Below are positions 12,513 to 25,355 of a DNA stretch of 64,000 bases, one piece after another. Made by a program: the position numbers and the translations under genes. The stretch covers positions 5,766,001-5,830,000 of the forward strand of contig CM120646.1 in the NCBI GenBank assembly GCA_051362555.1, written 5' to 3'. The stretch comes from Lingula anatina (Eukaryota > Animalia > Brachiopoda). Each line of letters starts with the position of its first letter. Positions within the stretch are counted from its first letter, which is position 1. The notes beneath the pieces are model-generated. The model was not told where the DNA came from, made no database searches, and worked only from the letters and a program-made list of their open reading frames with translations.

Positions 12513-14108
12513 TCAAATAAACACAAACTGTTGTTGATAATTTTTCTCGGTAAAATGAGTACAATTAAAATGTTTGCTTAAATCATAATATATGCGATGT
12601 ATGTATTATTTACGCAAAGCGAGTGTGCAAATTTTTACTGTGTTAGATGAATATTTTGGCCTTATGTACAACGGCCACAATTGCGTCTAGATGTCACGCA
12701 ATAGAAGGAAAACCTCTGCAGATTCAACATTTCTAACCATTCCAGTGGCGGAATTGGAGGTGGGGTTGAGGGGTGTCAGGGAGATCCTGATCCCCCACCG
12801 TTTACTGAAAAAAAAGAACACACCAATGGTCCCTAGCTGAATCATAGTTCTAAACCGCATCGTTCTCCCTCTAAAATACCAAAAGTTTTCGGGTCCCCTG
12901 ACCCCACGCTCAAGGGGGGGGGGGGGGGGGGGAGGGGGGGTTGTGAGGGTCGGCTGTGCATTCGCGGACACCCCCACCCCCCTTCAAATAATTCTGGATC
13001 CGCCCCTGCATTTTGAATACTTCCTTAAATCCTTCCATGTAGAACGGAATCTACCGAAATTGGCGGAATGAGATAGTAAAGCAAGCTTAACTTAATTAGT
13101 TCCATACTTTCCCATGAACCATTTTCGGCTCTTTCTCCGTAAGTAGCTTTTCTGTGAATCCTTTCGGTTGACAAATTTTCAGCGTCTCTGCTTCCATTGA
13201 AATTATTGTTATTTGTGAACCCGTGGTTTTAGAGACATTCAAGGTTGCTTCAGTATTTCTCCTATTAGCTTTGGCTTTCCCCCGAGATGCTTTGGCTTGC
13301 AGATGAGCTTCACTAGTTTCACTAATGTTGGGGAAGGTTTGCTCTGCAGTTTTCTTGATTTTGTAGTTGCGAATCTGTCGATACAAAGAGATGCAAAAAT
13401 AAAGTCGATGATTTTTAATGAAAAAATTTTATCTTTAAAAAAATGATATTTATCATAAACATTCAATGTCCAGGTCCTGTGGGAGAGCGTTCTTTGACCC
13501 TCTCTCTCTTAATTGGAGAGTCTTAATAGAAAAAGCCCACCAGATTTAACTTTTTTGTGTATATCATTCCTTTAATTTTTCTTCCTCGTTCCCTCACTCT
13601 GATTACATAAGGGTATACGTTGTTTATTGTTTTTTACAATAAAATACATGCATAACTGTATACTAGCGGGGTTGTGGGGCTGCCTTTTGCAACCAACTCA
13701 CTACCAGAAAATGAAAATGATAATGTATATCTTACCAACATTTCCCCTCCTTTTATAGGACCTGTCTCCTTAACGTGCTTATCAACTGCTATGTCGTTGC
13801 GTCCGATTTCTGTGAAGATAAAACTACGTTTGATATTGATATTATATGGCGGCGACATTGGCCGAATATCAATCGAATCTGTCCTGGGACATTTTTGGTA
13901 AGTTAAACAAAAATAGGAGAGAGAGAGAGATGGGCAGTGCTGTAATCAATAATATATCCTGACAGAATTCGCATTTATATGAAATTGGTGGTGGTGGATT
14001 CGTGTATAAAGTTATCATTTACTCACTTAGAGGCGCATTAACCATCCATGGTATAATTCCGACAGTGAAAATAGCAATACCTCGAATTACTACCGACCTG
14101 GTCTTCAT
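11373..14108 (-). CDS. Carbohydrate sulfotransferase (CHST8-14 family), copy 2; exons 14027-14108, 13736-13809, 13108-13374, 11373-12245
   Basis: All four exons are phase-compatible (82+74+267+873 nt) with canonical GT/AG. PAPS-binding motifs are intact and there is an N-terminal TM segment. Confidence 0.9.
12387..12417 (-). other. Minimal hammerhead-ribozyme-like motif, probably from a Penelope-like element terminal repeat, inside a (TA)n tract
   Basis: Minus strand reads CCCC-CTGAAGA-aagaaa-GAAA-CCGG-TC-GGGG: core boxes, palindromic stem III and a 4-bp stem I are present; stem II is degenerate. Confidence 0.5.
12743..13008. mobile_element. hAT-like MITE (CAGTGGCGGA...TCCGCCCCTG family); partial copy also at ~20752-20840
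   Basis: Terminal inverted repeats shared with the TSD-flanked copy at 40292-40541. Confidence 0.7.
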
Positions 14109-15805
14109 GTTGTCTAACAACAAATAAATAAATAAATATATAAATAAATAAAACAAAAAATTAGAAAAGCACTCAGCGCAAACTTCTACCAAGACAAATA
14201 ATTAACCATTTATTAATAATGGATCGTTAGCAGCTACAAGATTGACATAATCCACTATCAAACTGATTGAACATGCATATTTACTACAATTGTTTTCAAT
14301 TTAAAGCTTTTATAATATCATTGGTATAAGTCATAGTTGTTCATTTGGTTAAATATTTCTCAACTTACTCGGTGCGACCAAGTACCTTGAATAGCCTCTT
14401 CTAGATGGTTTGGATGATAAGCCTAAAATTTAAAATGAATTCTTGGATGTTTTACTTTAACCTATGCGTCTTTGCTTTTTAACGACGGAGTATGCAGCCA
14501 CCTGCATGCAGCAGGGTATATTTTAATTTTAGATGTTTAATCATCTGCAAGTCAGTAGGCCCCTATAAAGTTTCTGCATTGAATGTCTGGCATATTCTGA
14601 AAAGGCTGGCATATTCTGAAAAGTGGAAATAAGTCTGCTTTTTTATTGAATGGAAGACCTTGCTACACAATATTGTAAGAATTGTATTCATAGCGGGGTC
14701 TAAAAAAATCCTTGAAGTAAAATATCACATTATAACCCCTGATATTTGTTGATAGCGCAATCTAAGGAGCTAGTTGAGGCTTTCCCACATGACGCACTGG
14801 ATGTGATATGAACACAGCAGTTCGTCACGGTTGCTGGATGCCCCAGAGTTCTGGGATCCCTGGATGGCACCGTGCTCTTCGTGACACGAGATATGCCACC
14901 TGTATATCTGAATAAAATAAAATTGTGTTGGGAATAAACTTAATTTGATAAGAAATAAAGTTGCAATCTAAATCGTTGGAAAAATATCAAGAAAAAACTC
15001 ATTCACTGTTGTTTTCCCTGTTTCAGAATTCATTCAAGGAATACCTTGTCGCTTGAAAGCGCTGGTAGCAGCCGGATGCGGTCAGATGCACTAGCGACCG
15101 TTGCTGTGACTAGACAGCTGACATGAGGGTACTTTGTGGGGCGTGTAACTCTATGACGATTTGGAAAACGTGGAGATCCAAAATATCGTTTTTAATGGTT
15201 GTCGTATGACTTAGCATCAACAATGTATTTTTGTTTGCTTCACTGGTGAATTAAGTCTAGATGAACAAAAACGTATTATTTTTTATTTCCATCACACAAA
15301 ATTAGAAATTTTATATCTGAAATTTGTTGCGGAGATGACTTTTTCACCGGTTACGGATAGCGTGATATCGAGCTAATTGGGGAGTTTTCAAGGAAATCGT
15401 TTTTGTTATGTAACATAATGGTATAATAATCTTTTTAAAGTTAAAACTTTTATTGCATGTTTTTATTACTTTGGCTAAATATATGCTATGTATACTAGAG
15501 TCCTCATGATAGTTAAGCCCATGTGAAATGGAGTATTTTCTCCCTAGATAATGTGCAATTTTAGAAGGTGCGTGTATCCATTTTTAATCCTCCTCCTCAC
15601 CTGCATTATTACCTACGGGATCTATCAAATGTATTAATAAATGAAAAAGGTTGCCCCAATGTTAAGATTAGGTTAATATTTTTCTGAACTCAATATAACT
15701 CAATGTTTATAACCCTGAACCAAATAATAATAATAATAATAAATAAATAAATAGATAAATAAATAAATAAAATAAAATAAAATAAAAAAGCCTGCCTCCG
15801 ACATA

Positions 15806-18800
15806 CGGCCATTCTCAATAACTAGGTCCAATTAGGGTTTTTAAAAAGTGAAAATTGAATTTATCATTTTGATGTTGTTTTATGCTCTAAAGTGTATTAT
15901 TCAGTAAAGTTGCCCAAAAATTGTGTATGCAACACTTTCACCGATCCTGAGATACGTGTGCCGTAACAAAGGGGTATAGAGACTCAAACAGGGCACAAAA
16001 AACCTTCGTGATCACAGAGGTACACATAGTTTGAGGCGTCGTATGAACTTATGCATCGAGCGGAGATTTTTCAAAAGATACAGTGTAAAATAGTAATGTT
16101 GCACAAATTTTGCACATTCGAAATAAAAGATATATGGCAGAAAATGCACTCCAGAGCCTTTGTCTAAAACATGTTGTGCGATCAGGGAAAATGAAAAAAC
16201 ATTTTCAAAATTCACACACGAGTCTGTCTTTTTGCCCTCAGTAAATCTAAGACACCCGTAAGGCTTGCTTTTCATGTGAAATAAAACCTATGTGCTTTCT
16301 TCCAGAAAAGACAGTGTTCCCTGGTAATTACTCTCTACCCTGTAATATGCAATCCAGGTACAAATGAAACATACATTTTGTAACGAAGATTTAATGTTTT
16401 TAACACTGAAATGACATTCTACAGTTTGGTACATAAGATGTATAAAACTGAAACCAAGTTTAAAAAAACTTTAAAGATATGCATCACGAACATCTTGCTG
16501 TGATTTCACTCTGTTCTGTATATAACAAAACACTGTATCTAAATACGGCAAATTTGTGTGTACATTAAGCAAATAACTTAGGGAAGGAAAAACAAGTTAC
16601 AAAAAGCAAAAAAAAAAAAAAACAAAAAAACTGCCATTTGTTTTATTGTTTTACATAAGAAATACTTCAATTCAAAACAAATAGTAAAGCTCCCAGGTTT
16701 GAAGTTTCCACCTTGGAAAAGAAAGTTCGGGTATAAGTAAATGCATAATACATAACGAAGGTTTAAATATATTCAACAGTTTGCATTTATATCAAAGACT
16801 AAAATTAAGCTTTAAGATCACTTTAACGATTTGCATAACATAGGCTACATCGTGCTGTGATTTACAAACAAACAGTAGAAAGTCCCTATTTAAAAATTTC
16901 CACCTTAGATAATAGGCTAAAATGAAATTTTGTAACGAAGGTTTTATGATCCTATAAAATTAATTAATCAACTTCTGAAAGTGAGTTTAAGAGTAACAAA
17001 CTTGTAACAACAAGTAAATATCTGTTCATGAACATGTTCAAATATTTACAATAAAAGTATACTTCTTTTAAAACATATACAGTATGCGTTTTCTGTCCTT
17101 TTCCGACAGTTAAAACATGCGTTGTGTTTTTCCGCAAGCCTCTGGGGCACTGATTATGGTTAAAATGGTGTCGTGTTTTAGACAGATTTTATCTTCTCTA
17201 GAGGGCCATAGTAGCAACTGCTTGCAATTCTCCCTAAAACACACTTCCACCTCTTCATCCTCCTTAACTTCTATCAGAGATCTTTCCAGTATACCACTCC
17301 CCACTATTAATTGCTGCAACATACGCCCGACAGTCAGGGCAGCGGCATCTCTCTCGGGTGTCTCATCAACGTCTGAGTCTTGTTCGTTGTCATTGTAGGT
17401 GGTCACTTGAAACACCTGGCCACGCCATGTACTGAATCTACTAAATCGTAGGAAGTTTTCACTCACTATCGTCCACTTCTGCTCACTTACACAAGTAACC
17501 TTTCACTCTCACGACCGATCTCAGATTCGATGGTCTAAAACTTCACGTACGTTTGTGCGACAGAAACAAAGTCAACCACAAGAATAAATCAACGTAACGC
17601 TGCTTTATTCAACAACTGACCTCGATTCATTACAAAAAGTGGCTTTTATACAACTTTCTTTTATAGCTATGATCTTATACGGATTTTCTGCTGCATGCCC
17701 GTGTTCTACCAGAGCGCCAAAAGTTAATTGTTTCTGATAATAACGTTGTCGGGAGCGTCACATGATCTCCGGGCGATCCCGACAGCCAGGTAGTGCAAGT
17801 TACTCCAGACAAACACATGTCGCAGTTAGCAACTAACATTGCGAACCTTGACCTGCTATGTCTCAAAACCCACAACGGCAGGTACTTTCATAGTTCCCTT
17901 TAACGGCTTGATTACTCTCTTTTCCTGTTCTTTTTGTTTTTGTTTTTGTTTTTTTTTTCTCACACTTTGCTGCTGACACAAACAGGAAAGAGACGTGTGC
18001 CATGCTCAACTGGACAGCCCATTTGAAAAAAAGAACGTGCGTCTTGTATCACGGCCTTGTCTGCTATCATTGCTTTGTCAGGGTGTGCACCCCTTTTCTA
18101 GCGTAGAATCGACACAACTTTTTACGTTTTTTCGCATTCCGATTTTGCCTTTCGTCATTTGGAAGTGCAGAGGATGGAATGTAATTCCGTCTAACCCTTT
18201 CACGTTCTATTCTTAGATATTCTTATGCATTCCTTTCCTCAAGTCTCTGTCTATACGTTTTTTTTTTTGTATTTCTGCTCTACTTTTTGTTATATCTGTA
18301 TCTTATTGTGACCCTGAAATAATTAGAAACCTTCGTTGCCGACATAAAACTTTCGTTACCTTTGATTCACCGTTTTCAAATACAGCAGAAGTCCCTTTCA
18401 ATCAAAATCAAATTCTGTTTGCAACTTAGGAGGATTTTTATTAAGTACACAATATATCGTTCATGCGAGATATCCATCCCTTCTCCTCCAGCAAACCGGT
18501 TAATCTCAAATACATAGAAATATACATGTTAATCAAATTCACCATCTTCTATTTTCTTCTGTGTTTTATAAATCAATGAATATTCAAGTTAAAAAAAAAA
18601 AACAACCATTTGTTCTTCTAATATCGCACATAATTTTAGGCCCAGCTGATATAATAATGTTACAGTAAGTGATATACAAAACAATACTCAAACTACAAAC
18701 CTTCGTTACCAAATGATCACGGAGGTTTACACGTTTGAATTAAATCTTATATACAACAATTTATCAAGTTCAATATGTACTTGTAAAAAAGAAAGATTAT

Positions 18801-19790
18801 GGTTATGATATCCCATTTAAACATTCTTGATAGGCCCCCTTGGTCATACTATACTTAGTCATTATAACTTAGGCATACTTACACACGGTGATTTTGCTTT
18901 CAAAACAGAGAGAATCTGCTCCACGTGATTCATCTGCTGCTCACAATGGCGGCTGTTGTACAAAAGGCGGCAAATATCTACTTAAATATTGAGTTATTCT
19001 TTATTTCCTGGTTAATTTGAGATATCGGTAACGAAAGTTTAAGTAACGAAGGTTTAGTAACACCTTAGAGTCAACCAGTTTCCTACGACTTTTTCCTCAA
19101 AAAACAAGTTAGATGTGATTTACTCGAATGGTCCGAAGTCTGCTTCATGAATAAAGTGATATATGGCAGGTTTTTCTGGCAGAATATACTAGGAATAATG
19201 ATCACGAAGGTTTTGTCATTTACTCATTAACTGAATTTCTCTGTGAAACTTCATTCATACATCGTAAAAAACAGACCTGGCTTCTGTTATCTTGTCTTGT
19301 TTAAAACATTTATAATACCAAGTTAGGAACGAACTTCTATCATGAAATGTTCATAAATAACTTCTTGAAGATTAGCCGTGTCTAAAATCGCACAACGGAG
19401 GTTTTTTGAAAAATCAAAATTTGGGCGACACTGCATATCAAAGGAATCATATTCAAACAGTCATACATACTGACGTTTAAAAAGCCTTATCTGAAAAAAC
19501 AATGTTATGTGACCTGAAAAAAAGGTATGTCACAAAAAGAAAAATATATTGTCGTGGTATAAACTTAGCATGTTTGATGGAGATTGTGTTTGGCGACAGT
19601 AACGAAGGTTTGATTTTTGTTATCAAAATTTATATTTTTCTGGCAATGTTTCACAGAATACTGACGATTTTGGCTTATAAGTTGGTCATAAGGTGCACGT
19701 CATTTTGAGTCAGTGAACAGACTTAATTGTCTTTCCTTTACCGAGCCAGGGTCAGGAACATCAATTGGACCTAGTTACTGAGAATGGCCG
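15806..19790. mobile_element. 3985-bp non-autonomous TIR DNA transposon inserted 8 bp downstream of the CHST copy 3 stop codon
   Basis: 28-bp TIRs CGGCCATTCTCARTAACTAGGTCCAATT with 1 mismatch; 3-bp TSD ATA confirmed against the empty paralogous site CGACATAATAGATT at ~11361; about 13 dispersed TAACGAAGGTTT-like motifs; short coding relic at 17110-17466. Confidence 0.9.
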
Positions 19791-19798
19791 ATAATAGA

Positions 19799-22082
19799 TT
19801 ATTCTAACTTTAAATCAAGATCATAACCTAAAATGTCTGCATCAGTTTTATACAAAGTCTGCAGTTCCTTGATCATCCAAGGTTTAAGAGTGGTGAAATG
19901 TTTGGAGACCAAATCCTTGGTCTTTTTCGCAAAGTCAACATTGTCTGATTGCGGATAGGTGATTTCGTCAATCCCTAACATTTTCAAAAGATTGTTGGAA
20001 TCCTCAACAATGGTTTCGTATCTTCCTATGACGTCATAATCGACGCTGCAGGGGTGGCACAAGGAGTGCTGAATACCCCAGTGGACATCAGGATGCTTTT
20101 TGGTATCTATCACATACTGGATATATTCTGGGAATGTTACATTGTACTCCATCATCATTTTATGTGTTACGTCCCGTTTTTTGTGGACAGAACGTAAAAC
20201 GTAGCCTGCAATTCTTGGGTCGTACGTGTGATTATCAGTTTTTGCTCTTTGGAGTTTTTCTCTGAAAAATGAGACCAGTCTCTCGAATGGATGCCTCGTG
20301 ATAAAAACTTTAGTGTAGCTTTTCAGTCTGGCGTCACTGTCTGATCTGCTCGTAAATGATTTTAATCTTTTCAACGCTTTAATTGTCCATCCTAGGTGAA
20401 CATCATTCTTTCCTAGGGACCATATGTAAGACTTGTTGTATTTGCACGTCATCAGCAGCATGATTCTTTTCCAGTTGGTACAGCCGACTTTGGGAATTTC
20501 ACAGAAGATGAACTTGTGGTGATCATCCACCCAAAACTGATGTAAAGCTCGCCCTGCTGGTAATGGGCTTGTCACGATTTTGTGTAGGGCACATTTGCGG
20601 CGTATGAATTCTTTCCGTTTTACAATTGTCTCTGCCCACGATGTATTAACTGATGAAGCGTTCATCCTGGGTGGAAGCTGGAAAAAATAGATGAAGTAAG
20701 AAATCATATCTGTGTGTTTAACAAAGAGAAAATTTATAGATTAAAAAAATAACGCTAAAGGGGGGGGGGGGGGAGTACGGCTTTGCATCCGCGGACCCCC
20801 CCCCCCCCCCTTCAAATAATTCCCTTCTGGATCCGCCCCTTCACTTCGAATACTTCCTTAGATTCTTCCATGTAGAACGGAATCTACCGAAATTGGCGGA
20901 ATGAGAGAGTAAAGCAAGCTTTTAAGTTAAAACTAAGTTAGTTAAAACTAAGCTCCATACTTTCCCATGAACCATTTTCTGCTCTTTCTCCATGAGAACC
21001 TTCTTTGTGAATCCTTTCTGTTGACAACTTGTCAGCGTCTCTGCTTCCATTGATTCTTTTGTTTTTGGTGAGCTGGTTGTTTTGGGGACATTCCATGTTG
21101 CTTCAGATTTTCTTCTACTAGCTTTGGCTTTTCCCAGAGACGCTTTGGCTTGAAGATTAGCGTCACTAGTTTCGCTAATGTTGGGGAAGGTTTGCTCCAC
21201 AGTTTTCTTTACTTTGTCGTTGCGAATCTGTCGATAAATAGAGATGCAAAAAATACTATCAACAGTAAACTCTCATTTTGTTTTGTATTAGAAATTTGAA
21301 CTTTCAAGGGGATTTTAATTTCCTAAAATTATTGATGACATGTGGTCATGTAAATACGGTATAGAAACAGACTAAGTAAAATATTTTTTTTAATGTTGTT
21401 TATCATAAATATTCAATATCCAGGTCCTGTGGGAGAATGTTCTTTGTCACTCTCTTTCTCTTAATTGGAGAGTTTTAAGAGAAAAAGCCCACCAGATTAA
21501 ACTTTTTTGTATATTTCATTTCTTTAATTTCCTTCCTCGTTACCTCACTCTGATAACATAAGAGTATATGGTTTTTATTGTTTTTTTTACAATAAAATAC
21601 ATGCATATCTTTGGTCACTGCATACTAGCAGGGTTGTTGGGCCGCCTTTTGCAACAAACTCACCACCAATGTACGAACATGATAATGTATATCTTACCAA
21701 CATTTCCCCTTCTTTTATAGGACCTGTCTCCTTAACGTGCTCACCAACTGCTATGTTGTTGCGTCCGATTTCTGAGAAGATAAAACTATATTAGATATTG
21801 ATATCACATGGCGGCGACATTGCCCGAATATCAATCGAATCTCTCCTGGGACATTTTTGGTAAGTTGAACAAAAATAGGAGAAAGGGAAAGCAAGAGAGA
21901 GAGATGGTTAGTGCTGTAATCAATAAAATATCATAACAGAAATCGCATGTATATGAAATTGGAGGTAGTGTATTCGTGTATAAAGTTATCTTTTACTCAC
22001 TTAGAGGCGCATAAACCATCCATGCCATAATTCCGACAGTGAAAATAGCAATACCTCGAATGACTACCAGCCTGATCTTCAT
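19799..22082 (-). CDS. Carbohydrate sulfotransferase (CHST8-14 family), copy 3; exons 22001-22082, 21698-21771, 20961-21227, 19799-20677
   Basis: Phase-compatible exons (82+74+267+879 nt), canonical splice sites, intact IPKVGCTNWK and RHPFERLVS motifs. Confidence 0.9.
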
Positions 22083-22138
22083 GTTCTCTAACTAAAATAA
22101 ATTAATAAATAAATAAATGAATAAATAAATAAAAAGAA

Positions 22139-22308
22139 ACTAGAAAAGCACTCAGAGAACGCAAGCCTCTAACAAGTCAAATAATTAACAATTAAGCATT
22201 ATTTAATAAATGGATCATTACTAAAATGAAACCTATTGTTCCTCGGTCCATTTCTGATTTATTCTAAATATTTCATCAAAGCCATACATATCTCTTTGCT
22301 TAATGTTG

Positions 22309-22341
<33 letters not shown>

Positions 22342-22382
22342 GGCAGATGGAACCGAAAACATTACCTTCTTGGCGGAGGTAA
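22139..22382 (-). mobile_element. Non-autonomous Helentron/HINE-like element; truncated ends also at ~600 and ~14160
   Basis: Reverse complement of the TTACCTCCGCCAAG...GAGTGCTTTTCTAGT element seen at 47911-48303. Confidence 0.65.
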
Positions 22383-24479
22383 TAAATATCAGTAAAGACG
22401 CCATTTTAACCTTATTCTGTTCCATGGACCTCGCACTTTTTCTAATTAATACGTAGGGATTATTGGTGGAGTTAATGCAATTCTGTCATTCTCACGTACC
22501 TATCAGTGGTTCTTTGCAGAGAAGGATGTATGCTTTCAAGTTTTGATAGCAGAAAGCAAAAACGAAAACCGGCTTGGAATTGACCTGTCCAGTGAACCAC
22601 CAACAGCAATTTATTATGAGTTTATAGTTTTAATTTTAAACTGAATTCAGTGACTCTTGTCCTTTGACTTTTACATATGCAGGTGATGGTTTCCAAGTTA
22701 GATAAACCTATAACTCCTGCAGAAGGCCTTTTCTATTTCTGGCCAACTTTTCCATAGACACCTTTCCCTGTTTTGCTATGTTTTCAGAGTACAGGGAATT
22801 TGGGAAGAATCCATTGTACTGTTACCACGAATCTAGTGGATTATTGGACGAGTGATGAAGTTGTTCTCTGATTTTGATGGGAAACATTCCTGTGATAAAC
22901 CAGACACTTAATGTTTTTTTTTATTCAGAGATGTGAAATGTTGGTTAAAATTGAATTTCTAGACCATCCTGTTGATAAGCTAGAATCTATGGAAAACAGC
23001 AGAAGCTCTCCTCAACCCCTGCAAAACATCTGATCCATTTACATTCACCTATAATTATGTTTCCCTCTACGCATATTCTATACATATTCATTTGAGACCA
23101 GGATGAGGTAAAGTTTGAGATACCAGTATGTATCTTTTGAATTAATAATGCCACTGCTATATATGATATGATATGATATGATAAGATATGATGTATACTT
23201 TTTTTCAGGTACGAAATCTTAAAAGAAATAGTCCATTATATTTCAAAAATCATTCTTTTCGCGTTTGTGTTTGCGAGCGTGCATTCTAACTCATGACTTT
23301 GGAGGGCGAGTGAGCGTTTGCAGGCACGACCTGTGGAAAAAAAACGTCAGCAGGTTGAGCGTGTGTATCATTATATTGAAAAATACATCAAGCTGTCGGG
23401 AAGAACTTCAACTGTTTATGGAAAACATTGAAATGGAGACCATTTCATTTAGTTGCATTACGTACTCGACAAAAGTGAAAATAGCTGTTACAAATGTAGC
23501 ACATAGCTTCATACAAGTACATTACAATCAATATCAATTAAGAACAATATTTAAGTTATTATTAATGTCACACAATCTGAATTAGTTCCAAATTAACACT
23601 GTGTTACAATATAATTACGTAAACACCTACTTGGACTACTTGCCTGGTTATATGAAACCGTTCATTATTAGCTACAGGACTGACATAATCCACTACCAGA
23701 TTGATTTAACATGCATAATTTACTACACTCACTTTCATGCTTTTATAAGATCATTGGTATAAGTCATAGTTGTTCATTTGGTTAAATATTCCTTAACTTA
23801 CAAGGTGCGACAAAGTAGCTTGAGTAGCCTCTTCTAGATGGTATGAATGGTCAGCCTAAAAGTTGGAATGAATTCTTGGATGTTTTACCTTAACCTATGC
23901 CCTTTCGCTTTTGAACGTCGGAGTATCCAGCCACTTGCATCTGACAGGGTATATTTTAATTTTTTATGTTTAATCATCTGCAAGTCAGTCGGCCCCTATA
24001 TAGTTTTATTATTGAAAGTTTGTGGCTGTCATATTCTGAGAAGTGAAAATTAGTCTACTTTTTTATTGAATGAAAAACGTTGCTACACAATACTGTAAGA
24101 ATATTGTATCCATGGTGGGAACTAACATGTCTTTGAAACCAAAGTCACATTATAGCCCCGAAAAGTCGTCTTTTGTGCAATCTAAGGAGCTAGGTGAGGT
24201 TTTCTCGCATGATGCACTGGATGTGGGCTGAACACAGCAGCAGTTCTTCAGGGTTGCTGGATGCCCCAGGGTTCTGGGATGCCTGGATGGTACCATGGTC
24301 CTTACGTCACGAGATGGAGCACCTGTTTGTCTGAACAACATAATAATTGTGCTGAAAATAAAGTTTAATTTGATAAGAAATAAAAGAAGCGGCCTAAATA
24401 ATTGAAAGAATGCCCAGAAAAAAAATCATTAACTGTTGCTTTCCCTGTTTCAGAATCCATTTGCAAGAGTTGACTTAAG

Positions 24480-24800
24480 GGATACTAAAGGGTCATTGTG
24501 ACAATGCACTCGCTCACCGTTCTCGTATAGTGATTGATTGGTTGCAGCAACGCAATATTCTGAGGATGGAACGACCTTCTTTGAGCCCTGATAAGAACAT
24601 CATTGTGTCCCTACGTCATTGATTTGAGTAATCAGTGCAGAGGAGGTATAACCCTCTAAAAATCTGGACCCACTTCGCCAAGTTGTCCAGGAAGAATAGG
24701 ACGAAACAGATTTCTTGCCCTTGTTGATGGCACGTCGCGCCGCCTTCAAGAGATAATTGCAGACGTGGTTGACTCACAGGCTTTTAGACACTTGACCTTT
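24480..24800 (+). mobile_element. Tc1/mariner C-terminal relic
   Basis: Frameshifted remnants resembling HDNAxxH, WPSLSPD and RRRLQEIIA; homologous to 9430-9600. Confidence 0.55.
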
Positions 24801-25355
24801 AACGAGCACATGCTGATGCTAAATCTATGTAAATTTTGTGATATTTGGTGGTGTCTTTTTAATTTAATGGACTTTTTATTTACCTCTGTGGAAATCACCG
24901 TGGAACGTCAGGTTCCCAAGATTTCAGGGGGTGCATGCTCTAAATTTGAATAAATGGTATAAAATATGGTTATCTTAATCGGCATTTGTATTTCTTGTAC
25001 CATGAGTTATGTTTAATATGGAATCTGGAATAAAAAGCACTGTTCAAAAAGGTTTACAGATGTGAGAAGATCATTTGTAAACAAGAACACATGGAATTAG
25101 AGTTAAGATAACCCGTTTGGCCAAGTCTGTAAATATCTTCAAATTTGAATGAATTCTAATCAGCTTCTGCACCCGAGTTTGTGTTGCAAAATGACTGTGA
25201 GATCATCAATAATTGTTACACCACCACTCCTTTCAGTTATAAATATAAAGCATGCTATTATGGGAAACTAATATGATAAACACTGTTTGGAAGAAACATA
25301 TATATCAGAATTAAGATACACGTTAAATAGGCACATAAACTCTGACATATTAATA

